Shown here in pieces: positions 19,669 through 28,844 of a DNA stretch of 64,000 nt. Origin of the DNA: an uncultured Candidatus Rokubacteria bacterium (GTDB taxonomy: Bacteria; Methylomirabilota; Methylomirabilia; Rokubacteriales; DASRDR01); contig CAWGVS010000010.1 of the NCBI GenBank assembly GCA_963826115.1, positions 256,001-320,000 of the forward strand, written 5' to 3'. Numbering within the stretch: position 1 is the first letter of the stretch; every line of letters starts with the position of its first letter. The translations under genes and the position numbers were made by a program. Below the pieces are notes generated by a model. The model did not search any database. It had not been told where the DNA came from and saw only the letters and a list, made by a program, of their open reading frames with translations.

Positions 19669-20696
19669 TGGAGGCTCTGGAGGTAGGCGACCAGCGCGGC
19701 CACCTGATCGTCGGTCAGCGACTGGTCCGGCATCAGGGAGCCGGGTTTCACCGCCCGCGCGTGCCGCACCCATCGCGCGAGGCTCTCGGGCGTGTTCGGG
19801 AGGATGCCGCCCGCGAGGGTCCGCCGCGAGCCCACGTGCGTGAGGTCGGGTCCGATCCCGCCGCCCGAGACGCCGCGAATCGTGTGACAGCCGACGCAGG
19901 TGCCGGTCCGGAAGAGCTGGAGCCCGAGCGCCGCGGGCGACCCGTCGGGCGGAGTCGGGGCCGGCTCCTTCTGCTTCGCCACCCACGCCTGGAACGCCTC
20001 GGGCGCCTCCACGACGGCGAAGTGCCGCATGTTGGCGTGGGAGACGCCGCAGAACTCCGCGCACTGACCGTAGTACACCCCGGGGGTGTCCGCGGTGAGC
20101 ACGATGCGCGTCCGGGTACCGGGCATCGCGTCGCGCTTGCCGCCGAGGCCCGGGACCCAGAAGCTGTGGATCACGTCGACGCTGCCGATCTCGAGGCTCA
20201 CCGGCCGGCCGGCCGGCAGGTGGAGATCGCTCGCGGTCACGATCCCGAGCTCCGGGTACTGGAACTCCCACCACCACTGGTGGCCGATCACCTTCACGCG
20301 AAGCGCGTCCTTGGGCGGCGCGGCCTGCGTCCGGAAGATCGCCGACACGGTCGGGAAGGCGATGAACGTGAGGATCACCGCGGGGATGAGCGTCCAGATG
20401 ATCTCGAGCATCGCGCTGCCCCGGACCTGCCGGGGGATCGCCTTCGGGTCGCGCTCGCGGAACCGGAACACGGCGACCAGGAGGAGCACCTGCACGATGA
20501 GGAAGATCGCCGTGTCCCACCGGAGGATCTGCATGAAGATGCGATGCGAGAGCCAGGCGAAGTCCGATCGCGGCAGGAGGGTGGTCGCCGGCGAGTCGAG
20601 GAGGCCGCACCCGGCCAGCAAGAGGCCGAAGGCCAGCGCCCCGAGTCGCAAGACCGGGGTCGGCCGCGCGCGCCTGAGGGCCGGTGTCGAGTCCAT
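19665..20696 (-). CDS. ctaC: Cytochrome c oxidase subunit II with C-terminal cytochrome c (caa3-type)
   Basis: Lipobox LAGC, GHQWWW, CuA ligands HSFW and CAEFCGVSHANM, heme c motif CVGCH. Confidence 0.93.
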   Translation of the reverse strand: MDSTPALRRARPTPVLRLGALAFGLLLAGCGLLDSPATTLLPRSDFAWLSHRIFMQILRWDTAIFLIVQVLLLVAVFRFRERDPKAIPRQVRGSAMLEIIWTLIPAVILTFIAFPTVSAIFRTQAAPPKDALRVKVIGHQWWWEFQYPELGIVTASDLHLPAGRPVSLEIGSVDVIHSFWVPGLGGKRDAMPGTRTRIVLTADTPGVYYGQCAEFCGVSHANMRHFAVVEAPEAFQAWVAKQKEPAPTPPDGSPAALGLQLFRTGTCVGCHTIRGVSGGGIGPDLTHVGSRRTLAGGILPNTPESLARWVRHARAVKPGSLMPDQSLTDDQVAALVAYLQSLQ

Positions 20697-20902
20697 GTCG
20701 AGAGCGATCGGAGGAAGTCCGATCAACGGGCGCCGGGGGACAGCCTAGCGCAAACGCATCGGGCCTGCCAGGGCGCGTTGGCCGTCCGGACCCGGCGCAA
20801 CGAGGCACGCGGCCGCGCGCGCCTCGGCACGGGCCCGGGTCTTGCTACACTCCGAGATGGATGCGGTCTCACGCCGAATCTCGCCGCTCCGAGGCTCCCG
20901 CG

Positions 20903-22894
20903 ATGGTGTCGGAAGGGACACGCCCCGTCGACGGCGCCGTCCGGCTCGACCTCGACGCCGGCCTCCGTCGACTGGGCTACGCCGACTTCCGGCCCGGTCA
21001 GCGGGAGGCCATCGAAGAGCTCCTCACCGTCGGGCGTCTCCTCCTCGTCGCGCCGACCGGAGGAGGCAAGAGCCTCGTCTACCAGCTCCCCGCCGTGCTC
21101 CTCGACGGGACCACGCTGGTCGTGTCGCCGCTCATCTCCCTCATGCAGGACCAGGTGCGCGCCCTCGAGTCGCGCGGCATCGCGGCCACCTACCTGGCCT
21201 CGACGCTCGACCCTGGCGAGATGCGGCGACGGCTGGCCCAGCTCGAGGCCCGACGTCTCGCCATCGCCTACGTCGCCCCCGAGCGGCTCGCCTATCCCGG
21301 ATTCCTGGCGCTCCTCCGGCGACTCGCGTGTCCGCTGGTCGCCATCGACGAGGCCCACTGCATCAGCGAGTGGGGCCACGATTTCCGCCCCGAGTACCTC
21401 CAACTGGGGGCCGTCCTGGCCGAGCTCGGGGCGCCACGCGTGCTCGCGTGCACGGCCACCGCGACGCCGGTCGTCCGCGACGAGATCCTGGCTCGGCTCC
21501 GCCTTCCCGCCGGCACGCCGCAGATCGTGCAGGGCTTCGCGCGACCCAACCTCGCGCTGCGCGCGGCGGAGGTGGACGGCAACCCGAGCCGCGCCCTGCG
21601 GGTGGATGCCCTACTTGCCGAGGCGCTCCGGCAGCCCGGGGCAGGGGCCGGGGCGGCGATCGTCTATGCGGCGACCCGGCGGGAGACCGAGTCGGAGTGC
21701 GCGCGCCTGGCGGCGGGCGGCTGGAACGTCGCCGCCTACCACGCGGGTCTGGACGGCCGGCGGCGCGACCTCGTCCAACGAGCCTTCTCGGAGGGGCGGG
21801 TGGAGGTCGTCGTCGCCACGAACGCCTTCGGCATGGGGATCGACCGGGCCGACGTCCGGGCCGTGGTGCATCTGACGCCGCCCGGGTCGATCGAGGCGTA
21901 CTACCAGGAGGTGGGCCGGGCAGGGCGCGACGGAAGGCCGGCGGTCGGACTGCTCCTCACTGGTCCCGGAGACATGGCGCTCCGACGGCGCCTCATCGAG
22001 CGAGCCGCTGACGGCGAGGTCGTCGACGAGGCGGCGATCGAGCACAAATGGACCCTGTTCCTGGAGCTCATGCGCTGGACGGAGGGCGGCAGCTGCCGAC
22101 ACGACGCCATCCTGCGCTACTTCGGTGACGAGGCGGAGGCCCTCGACGGCTGCGGGCGCTGCGACGAGTGCCTGACCTTCCGCCGCGTGGAGGACGCCGA
22201 TCCGGCCGCGACGACGCTCGTCGTACGCAAGGCCCTCAGTGGCGTGGCCCGCGTCAGTGGACGGTTCGGCATCCAGCTGGCGGTGAAGCTCATCCGGGGA
22301 GAAGCCGATCCCCGGCTCGAGCGGGCCGGTCTCACCTCGACGCCGACGTTCGGCAACCTCAAGGCGCATTCGGCCGCCTGGCTCCTGAGCCTGCTCCGAC
22401 GGTGCGTGACCGCGGGGTGGGCGACCTTCAGCGGCGGCGACCGACCCGTGCTGGTGCTGACCGAGGACGGGCGCCTGGTCATGCGGGGCGAGCGGCCGGC
22501 TCGCCTCCGGTTGCCTCCGGCCGCGGCCGGGCGAGCGCCGCGGCGGGCGTCGGTCTCGACGCAGACCGGCGGCCCGCGCGGCGCGACGACCGGAGCCGCT
22601 CCGGGCGGGGAGTCGGGACCCCGGCCGGCTCCCGTCGAGGCCGACCCGATCGCGCGCGACATCTTCGAGGCCCTCCGGCAGCACCGGCTGGCGTTGGCGC
22701 GCGAGGAGGGGCTGCCGCCGTACGTGATCGCGAGCGACCGGACACTCCGGGAGGTGGCCGAGCTCCGGCCGCGCACCCTCGCCGACCTGCGGCTCGCCCA
22801 CGGCATCGGCCCGCACAAGGTCGACCGCTACGGGGCGGGGCTCCTGGCCGTCGTGGCGGGAATCCTGACGGCGCGCGACGCCGGATCGGCCTGA
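20903..22894 (+). CDS. recQ: ATP-dependent DNA helicase RecQ
   Basis: APTGGGKS, DEAHCISEWGHDFRPEY, QEVGRAGRDG, zinc motif CR...CGRCDEC, then RQC and HRDC domains. Confidence 0.95.
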   Translation: MVSEGTRPVDGAVRLDLDAGLRRLGYADFRPGQREAIEELLTVGRLLLVAPTGGGKSLVYQLPAVLLDGTTLVVSPLISLMQDQVRALESRGIAATYLASTLDPGEMRRRLAQLEARRLAIAYVAPERLAYPGFLALLRRLACPLVAIDEAHCISEWGHDFRPEYLQLGAVLAELGAPRVLACTATATPVVRDEILARLRLPAGTPQIVQGFARPNLALRAAEVDGNPSRALRVDALLAEALRQPGAGAGAAIVYAATRRETESECARLAAGGWNVAAYHAGLDGRRRDLVQRAFSEGRVEVVVATNAFGMGIDRADVRAVVHLTPPGSIEAYYQEVGRAGRDGRPAVGLLLTGPGDMALRRRLIERAADGEVVDEAAIEHKWTLFLELMRWTEGGSCRHDAILRYFGDEAEALDGCGRCDECLTFRRVEDADPAATTLVVRKALSGVARVSGRFGIQLAVKLIRGEADPRLERAGLTSTPTFGNLKAHSAAWLLSLLRRCVTAGWATFSGGDRPVLVLTEDGRLVMRGERPARLRLPPAAAGRAPRRASVSTQTGGPRGATTGAAPGGESGPRPAPVEADPIARDIFEALRQHRLALAREEGLPPYVIASDRTLREVAELRPRTLADLRLAHGIGPHKVDRYGAGLLAVVAGILTARDAGSA

Positions 22895-22984
22895 ACGGTC
22901 GCCCGCGCTCCGATTCGCGGCGGCGACGCGGGTCGGGGGGACTCACCGGCGGTCTCGCCCCGAGCGAGGTCGCCGGTCCTGGCG

Positions 22985-23827
22985 TCAGTGCATGACGGTG
23001 CCCCCGGCGAGGTTGATGGCCTGGCCGGTGACGTAGGCGGACGCGTCCGATCCGAGGAAGGCGGCCAGCTCCGCGACGTCCTCGGCGCTCGCGACGCGCC
23101 CGAGGGGGATCTGGGCGGCCCGGTCGGCGAGCGCGCGCGCGTGGAGCGCGGGGTCGTAGCTCCCGTCCGCGCGCCGTCCGAGAAAGTCGAGCCGGTCGGT
23201 GTCCGCCGAGCCGGGGCAGATCGCGTTCACCGTGATGCGATGGGGTGCGAGCTCCATCGCGAGCGCCTGCGTGAGCCCGATCACGCCGAACTTCGAGGCG
23301 CAGTACGCGGCGAGCCGCGCGTAACCCACCTTCCCGCAGTTCGAGGACATGTTGACGATCCGGCCCGGCGTCCCGCGCGCCACCATGAGCCCGGCGACGG
23401 CCTTGCTGCAGAGGTACGTCCCCGTCAGGTTGGTCTCGAGCACCACGTGCCACGCCTCCTCCGGCAGCTCGACCACCGGGACGCGGTCGGCGCCGGGCGG
23501 GGCGGCGGCGTTGTTGACGAGGATGTCGATCCGGCCGAACGTCCGGTCGGCCAGGTCGACGGCGCGCTGGATCTGGTCGGCGGCCCGCACGTCGACCAGG
23601 GCCGTCACGGCCCGGCGGCCGGCCTGGCGGACCTCGTCGGCCACGGCGTCGAGCCCGCGCCACCCGCCGGCGGGCTTCGTGGCCACGACGCGAGTGCCGG
23701 CCGGCGCGACGTCCGTGAGGACGAGGTCCGCGCCCTCGGCCGCCAGCCGCCGGGCGATCGCCCGGCCGAACCCGCGCTCGCCTCCGCTTCCCGTCACCAT
23801 CGCCACCTTGCCCTCGAGACGGCCCAT
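22985..23827 (-). CDS. Short-chain dehydrogenase/reductase
   Basis: TGSGGERGFG, LVNNAA, catalytic YCASK, NAICPG. Confidence 0.92.
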   Translation of the reverse strand: MGRLEGKVAMVTGSGGERGFGRAIARRLAAEGADLVLTDVAPAGTRVVATKPAGGWRGLDAVADEVRQAGRRAVTALVDVRAADQIQRAVDLADRTFGRIDILVNNAAAPPGADRVPVVELPEEAWHVVLETNLTGTYLCSKAVAGLMVARGTPGRIVNMSSNCGKVGYARLAAYCASKFGVIGLTQALAMELAPHRITVNAICPGSADTDRLDFLGRRADGSYDPALHARALADRAAQIPLGRVASAEDVAELAAFLGSDASAYVTGQAINLAGGTVMH

Positions 23828-23950
23828 CCGGAGACCCCCTGTGCTCGGCGCTGGTCGAATTTTCGGCGGCCATCATACCGTGCGTTGGCTGTGGTACGCT
23901 CGCCCCGCACGCCGGGCGGGCCCGAGGACGCTGGGTGCGGAGGTCCTCGC

Positions 23951-24616
23951 GTGAGCGTGACGCCTCTCGGTCAGGAGTCGGTGCCGGGCCGCGTGGTCCG
24001 GGTGATGGAGATTCCCGCGCGCCACGGCGCCGCGGTCGAGGTCGCCCGCGGGCTCGTGCTGCGCGTGATCGACGTCGAGGGCCAGCAGGTCGGCGACTTC
24101 GTCTGCTTCAACCGGGACGACCTCGACGAGCGGTACTCGCCTCAGAACACCGTGCTCTTCAACCGCACGATCTACCCGAAGGCGGGCGCCGCGCTCGTCT
24201 CCGACCGCGGACGGCCCATGATGCGCCTCGTCGCCGACACCGTGGGCATCCACGACCTCATCTGCGGGTCGTGCAGCGAGGAGTACTACCGGAACCGCCT
24301 CGACTACACGGGCCCGCACCGGAGCTGCCGCTCGAACCTGGCCGAGGCGTTGGCGCCCTGGGGCATCGAGCTCCAGGATGTGCCGTTCTCGTTCAACTTC
24401 TTCATGCAGTGGCCGGTGCAGCCCGACGGGGCGGTGCGGCCCATGGCGGCGCCCTCGCGGGCGGGCGACTACGTCGACCTCCTCGCCGAGATGGACGTGC
24501 TCGCGGCGAACTCCGCGTGCCCCTCGGACATCACGCCCACCAACGCCCACCGCCCGACGTCCATGCGGTTCGTGCTCTACGAGCCGGATCCCGGAGCCGC
24601 CGGGGCCGCCCGCTGA
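23951..24616 (+). CDS. Urea carboxylase-associated family (DUF1989) protein
   Basis: Motifs DVEGQQVGD, HDLICGSC, SCRSNL, GDYVDLLAEMD and SACPSD. The start codon is uncertain (23951, 23981 or 24005). Confidence 0.85.
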   Translation: MSVTPLGQESVPGRVVRVMEIPARHGAAVEVARGLVLRVIDVEGQQVGDFVCFNRDDLDERYSPQNTVLFNRTIYPKAGAALVSDRGRPMMRLVADTVGIHDLICGSCSEEYYRNRLDYTGPHRSCRSNLAEALAPWGIELQDVPFSFNFFMQWPVQPDGAVRPMAAPSRAGDYVDLLAEMDVLAANSACPSDITPTNAHRPTSMRFVLYEPDPGAAGAAR

Positions 24617-24621
24617 CGCGC

Positions 24622-26051
<1,430 letters not shown>

Positions 26052-26061
<10 letters not shown>

Positions 26062-26185
26062 ACTGTGCACCCTGCACTGTCTAGTGTGCAGCGTGGCATA
26101 ACATATTGATTCTGAACGAGTAATCACGCCGGAGGTCCCGTCGGGGCGCTCACTCCCGTGTAGGAAGTGCACAAGAAACAGTGCA
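26052..26185. promoter_or_regulatory. Three TGCAC-N8-GTGCA palindromes, probable enhancer (UAS) sites
   Basis: Sites at 26052-26069, 26073-26090 and 26168-26185. The half-sites match the NtrC-type TGCAC/GTGCA and lie 100-235 bp upstream of a sigma54 promoter. Confidence 0.75.
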
Positions 26186-26285
26186 CCGTGAACTAGTGAC
26201 GATACACCCCACCTGCTGTCGCTCCGATTCGGATTCATCCGTAACGGCCAGCACTTAGATCTCCGAAGCGGGCTCGGATCCCCCG

Positions 26286-26301
26286 TGGCCCCGCCATTGC
26301 T
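26286..26301 (+). promoter_or_regulatory. Sigma54 (-24/-12) promoter
   Basis: TGGCCCCGCCATTGCT has exact GG-N10-GC spacing with TGGC and TTGC. It lies directly downstream of a sigma54 activator gene and 63 bp before the first peptide gene. Confidence 0.8.
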
Positions 26302-26363
26302 CTCCGAGCCTGCGACACCCACACAAGGCGTCCCGTCTCGGGACGCATGGAGGAGGCCTGCCC

Positions 26364-26510
26364 ATGACCAAGAAGCTCACCGCAATCCTGGCGCTCATCG
26401 CGTCGTTCCTGCTGGTCGCGCCCGTGCTCGAGTCCGGGACGCCGAACCAGGTCCACGTCTTCCAAGCGGTCGGCGACGCGTGCGACAGCGGCGGTGGCGG
26501 CGGCTGGTAA
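26364..26510 (+). CDS. Small exported peptide precursor, copy 1 (48 aa): MTKKLTAILALIASFLLVAPVLESGTPNQVHVFQAVGDACDSGGGGGW
   Basis: [10 protein letters not shown] 7 nt before ATG. Signal-peptide-like N-terminus. Paralogous to the three downstream copies, with synonymous changes. Confidence 0.88.
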   Translation: MTKKLTAILALIASFLLVAPVLESGTPNQVHVFQAVGDACDSGGGGGW

Positions 26511-26580
26511 GCCCGGGTCCGATGCGGCGATTCCGAACCCAGTCCGAACCTGGTGGCGCGCTGCGGCGCGCCGGGAGGCC

Positions 26581-26727
26581 ATGATGGCAAGACTATTGGC
26601 GGCGCTGGTGGTGGTGGTGTCCTTCCTGCTCGTGGCGCCCGTGATCGAGTCCGGGACCCCGAGCCACGTGCACGTCTTCCAGGCGGTCGGCGACGCGTGC
26701 GACAGCGGCGGTGGCGGCGGCTGGTAG
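26581..26727 (+). CDS. Small exported peptide precursor, copy 2 (48 aa): MMARLLAALVVVVSFLLVAPVIESGTPSHVHVFQAVGDACDSGGGGGW
   Basis: GGAGG SD, tandem ATGATG (the second ATG may be the start), same length and core as the other copies. Confidence 0.88.
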   Translation: MMARLLAALVVVVSFLLVAPVIESGTPSHVHVFQAVGDACDSGGGGGW

Positions 26728-26798
26728 GCCCGGGCCCGGTGCGACGACTCTCAACCCCTTTCCGAACCCAGAGGCGCGCGACGGCGCGCATGGAGGCC

Positions 26799-26945
26799 AT
26801 GATGGCGAGACTATTGGCGGTGCTGACGGTGGTGGTGTCCTTCCTGCTCGTGGCGCCGGTGATCGAGTCCGGGACGCCGAACCAGGTCCACGTGTTCCAG
26901 GCGATCGGCAACGCCTCCGACAGCGGTGGTGGCGGCGGCTGGTAG
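26799..26945 (+). CDS. Small exported peptide precursor, copy 3 (48 aa): MMARLLAVLTVVVSFLLVAPVIESGTPNQVHVFQAIGNASDSGGGGGW
   Basis: GGAGG SD. This copy carries Ser in place of the conserved Cys. Confidence 0.88.
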   Translation: MMARLLAVLTVVVSFLLVAPVIESGTPNQVHVFQAIGNASDSGGGGGW

Positions 26946-27016
26946 GCCCGGGCCCGATGCGGCGACTCTCAACCCCTTTCCGAACCCAGAGGCGCGCGGC
27001 GGTGCGCTTGGAGGCT

Positions 27017-27163
27017 ATGATGGCGAAGTTATGGGTCGTGCTCGCGGTAATGGTGTCCTTCCTGCTCGTGGCGCCGGTGATCGAGTCCGGGACCCCGAGT
27101 CACGCGCGTGTGTTCCAGGCCGTGGGCGACGCCTGCGACAGCGGCGGCGGCGGCGGCTGGTAA
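27017..27163 (+). CDS. Small exported peptide precursor, copy 4 (48 aa): MMAKLWVVLAVMVSFLLVAPVIESGTPSHARVFQAVGDACDSGGGGGW
   Basis: GGAGG SD, same length and C-terminus as the other copies. Confidence 0.88.
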   Translation: MMAKLWVVLAVMVSFLLVAPVIESGTPSHARVFQAVGDACDSGGGGGW

Positions 27164-27180
27164 CCTCTCCGCAGGTTCGA

Positions 27181-28833
27181 ATGCGTCTCGCCGGGGCGGG
27201 ACCCCGCCCGCGACGCGGGCGGCAGGCCGCGGGTCTCCTCCTCGGGGCGATCGCGGGGGCGCTCTGGCTCTCGCTGGGCCTCTGGCCGTCGATGGCCGAG
27301 GCCCAGGAGCGCCCGCCGGCCCAGGCGGGCGGAGTGTACCGTCGCCCGCTCGGCAACGACCCGGCGACCCTCGACCCCGCTCGTCTGCGGGACATCTACA
27401 GTCTCGCGGTCGGGCAGCAGCTCTTCGACGGGCTGGTCCAGTTCGACCAGACGCTGAACATCACCCCGGCGCTGGCGCAGTTCTGGGTCGCCTCGCGTGA
27501 CTGGCTGACCTGGACCTTCACGCTGCGGAAGGGGGTCAAGTTCCACCACGGACGCGAGGTCACCTCGGACGACGTCGTGTACTCGTTCACGCGCCTCCTG
27601 GATCCCCGCCTGCGCTCGGGCGGGGCGGACCACTTCATGACGATCCAGGGGGCGCCGGAGTTCCGGGAAGGGAAGGCCAAGCAGGTCGCCGGCCTGGCGG
27701 CTCTCGATCGCTACACGGTGCGCGTCACCCTCACCGAGGCGTCGGTGCCGTTCGTCTCCATCCTCGCGGTCGGCCAGGCGAAGATCGTGCCGCGGGAGCT
27801 GGTCGAAGAGCAGGGGGAGGCGTTTGGGCTCCAGCCGGTGGGAACCGGCCCCTTCAAGTTCGTCCGCTGGGAGCGCGGGAAGGAGATCGTTCTCGCGGCC
27901 AATCCCGACTACTTCGACGGGCCGCCGAAGCTCGCGCGGCTCGTGTTTCGCATCTTTCCGGGCGAGCGCCTCGACAGCGTGTTCGCGGACTTCCAGGCCG
28001 GGAACCTCGAGGACAGCCCGATCCCGTCCAAGGACTACCGCCAGATCATTGCGAGCCAGGCCTACCAGTACTTCCGCCGGCCGATCTTCAGCCTGCGGCA
28101 CTACGGGCTCAACACCCGGATGAAGCCGCTGGACGACCGGCGGGTGCGCCAGGCGCTCGTCTACGCCATCGACCGCGAGGCCATCGTCGCGGATCCGTGG
28201 CTCGGCCGCTACGCGCTCGCGCGCGGCATCCTGCCGCCCGGGACGCTCGGGTTCAATCCGAAGCTTCGGGGCTATCCGTACGATCCCCCGCGCGCCCGGG
28301 AGCTCCTGGTCCAGGCGGGCTACCCCGGCGGGAAGGGCCTGCCCCCGATCGCGATCTGGTCCAGCGTACGCTCCGAGGAGATGCTGCGCGAGCACGAGCG
28401 CATCCGGAAGGACCTCGAGGCCGTCGGGGTGACCGCGGAGTTCCAGTACAGCCCGGACTGGCCGACGTACTCCAAGGCCATGTCCGAGCGGAAGCTGCCG
28501 GTCTTCCTCCGGGGCTGGCTCGCCGACGTGCCGGACCCCGAGAACTTCCTGGCCAAGCTCTTCCACTCCGCCAGCCCGTGGAACTACATGGGCTACGCGA
28601 ACGCGACCGTGGACGGCCTCCTCGAGAAGGCCCGGGCCGAGCCGGACGTGCCGCGCCGGGTCGAGGTTTACCGCCGGGCCGAGGAGCTCGTCATGGATGA
28701 CGCGCCCGTGATCCCGGTCTGGCACCAGACCTACGAGCGCCTCTTCCAGCCGTACGTCAAGGGTGTCGAGGTGAGCGGCCTCGGCGACGCGTACATCCCC
28801 TTCCGAAAGGTGTGGCTCGAGCGACCGCGCTGA
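27181..28833 (+). CDS. Family 5 (OppA/DppA-like) solute-binding protein with no adjacent permease or ATPase
   Basis: Signal peptide ending AEA-QE. Motifs DPATLDP, WTFTLRKGVKFHHG, PVGTGPFK and RVRQAL. Confidence 0.92.
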   Translation: MRLAGAGPRPRRGRQAAGLLLGAIAGALWLSLGLWPSMAEAQERPPAQAGGVYRRPLGNDPATLDPARLRDIYSLAVGQQLFDGLVQFDQTLNITPALAQFWVASRDWLTWTFTLRKGVKFHHGREVTSDDVVYSFTRLLDPRLRSGGADHFMTIQGAPEFREGKAKQVAGLAALDRYTVRVTLTEASVPFVSILAVGQAKIVPRELVEEQGEAFGLQPVGTGPFKFVRWERGKEIVLAANPDYFDGPPKLARLVFRIFPGERLDSVFADFQAGNLEDSPIPSKDYRQIIASQAYQYFRRPIFSLRHYGLNTRMKPLDDRRVRQALVYAIDREAIVADPWLGRYALARGILPPGTLGFNPKLRGYPYDPPRARELLVQAGYPGGKGLPPIAIWSSVRSEEMLREHERIRKDLEAVGVTAEFQYSPDWPTYSKAMSERKLPVFLRGWLADVPDPENFLAKLFHSASPWNYMGYANATVDGLLEKARAEPDVPRRVEVYRRAEELVMDDAPVIPVWHQTYERLFQPYVKGVEVSGLGDAYIPFRKVWLERPR

Positions 28834-28844
28834 TCGGGGCTGGG

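Larger units (their letters stand above)
26364..27163 (+). repeat. Tandem array of four ~218-bp units (147-bp peptide gene + ~70-bp spacer)
   Basis: Starts at 26364, 26581, 26799 and 27017 give periods of 217, 218 and 218 bp. Spacers share GCCCGGG.CC, CCGAACC and a GC hairpin before GGAGG. Confidence 0.95.

Noticed and set aside
26094-26110. TGGCATAACATATTGAT as a second sigma54 promoter
   Set aside because: The spacing is one base too long and the -12 element reads GA instead of GC. The 26286 site fits exactly.
26364-27163. Regularly spaced repeats as a CRISPR array
   Set aside because: The units are ~218 bp, protein-coding with synonymous variation, the spacers are homologous to each other, and no cas genes are present.
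26494-27163. Track ORFs of 77, 130 and 150 aa ending in GGGGGW
   Set aside because: These are upstream read-ins from other frames. SD positions and the identical 147-nt lengths define 48-aa genes.
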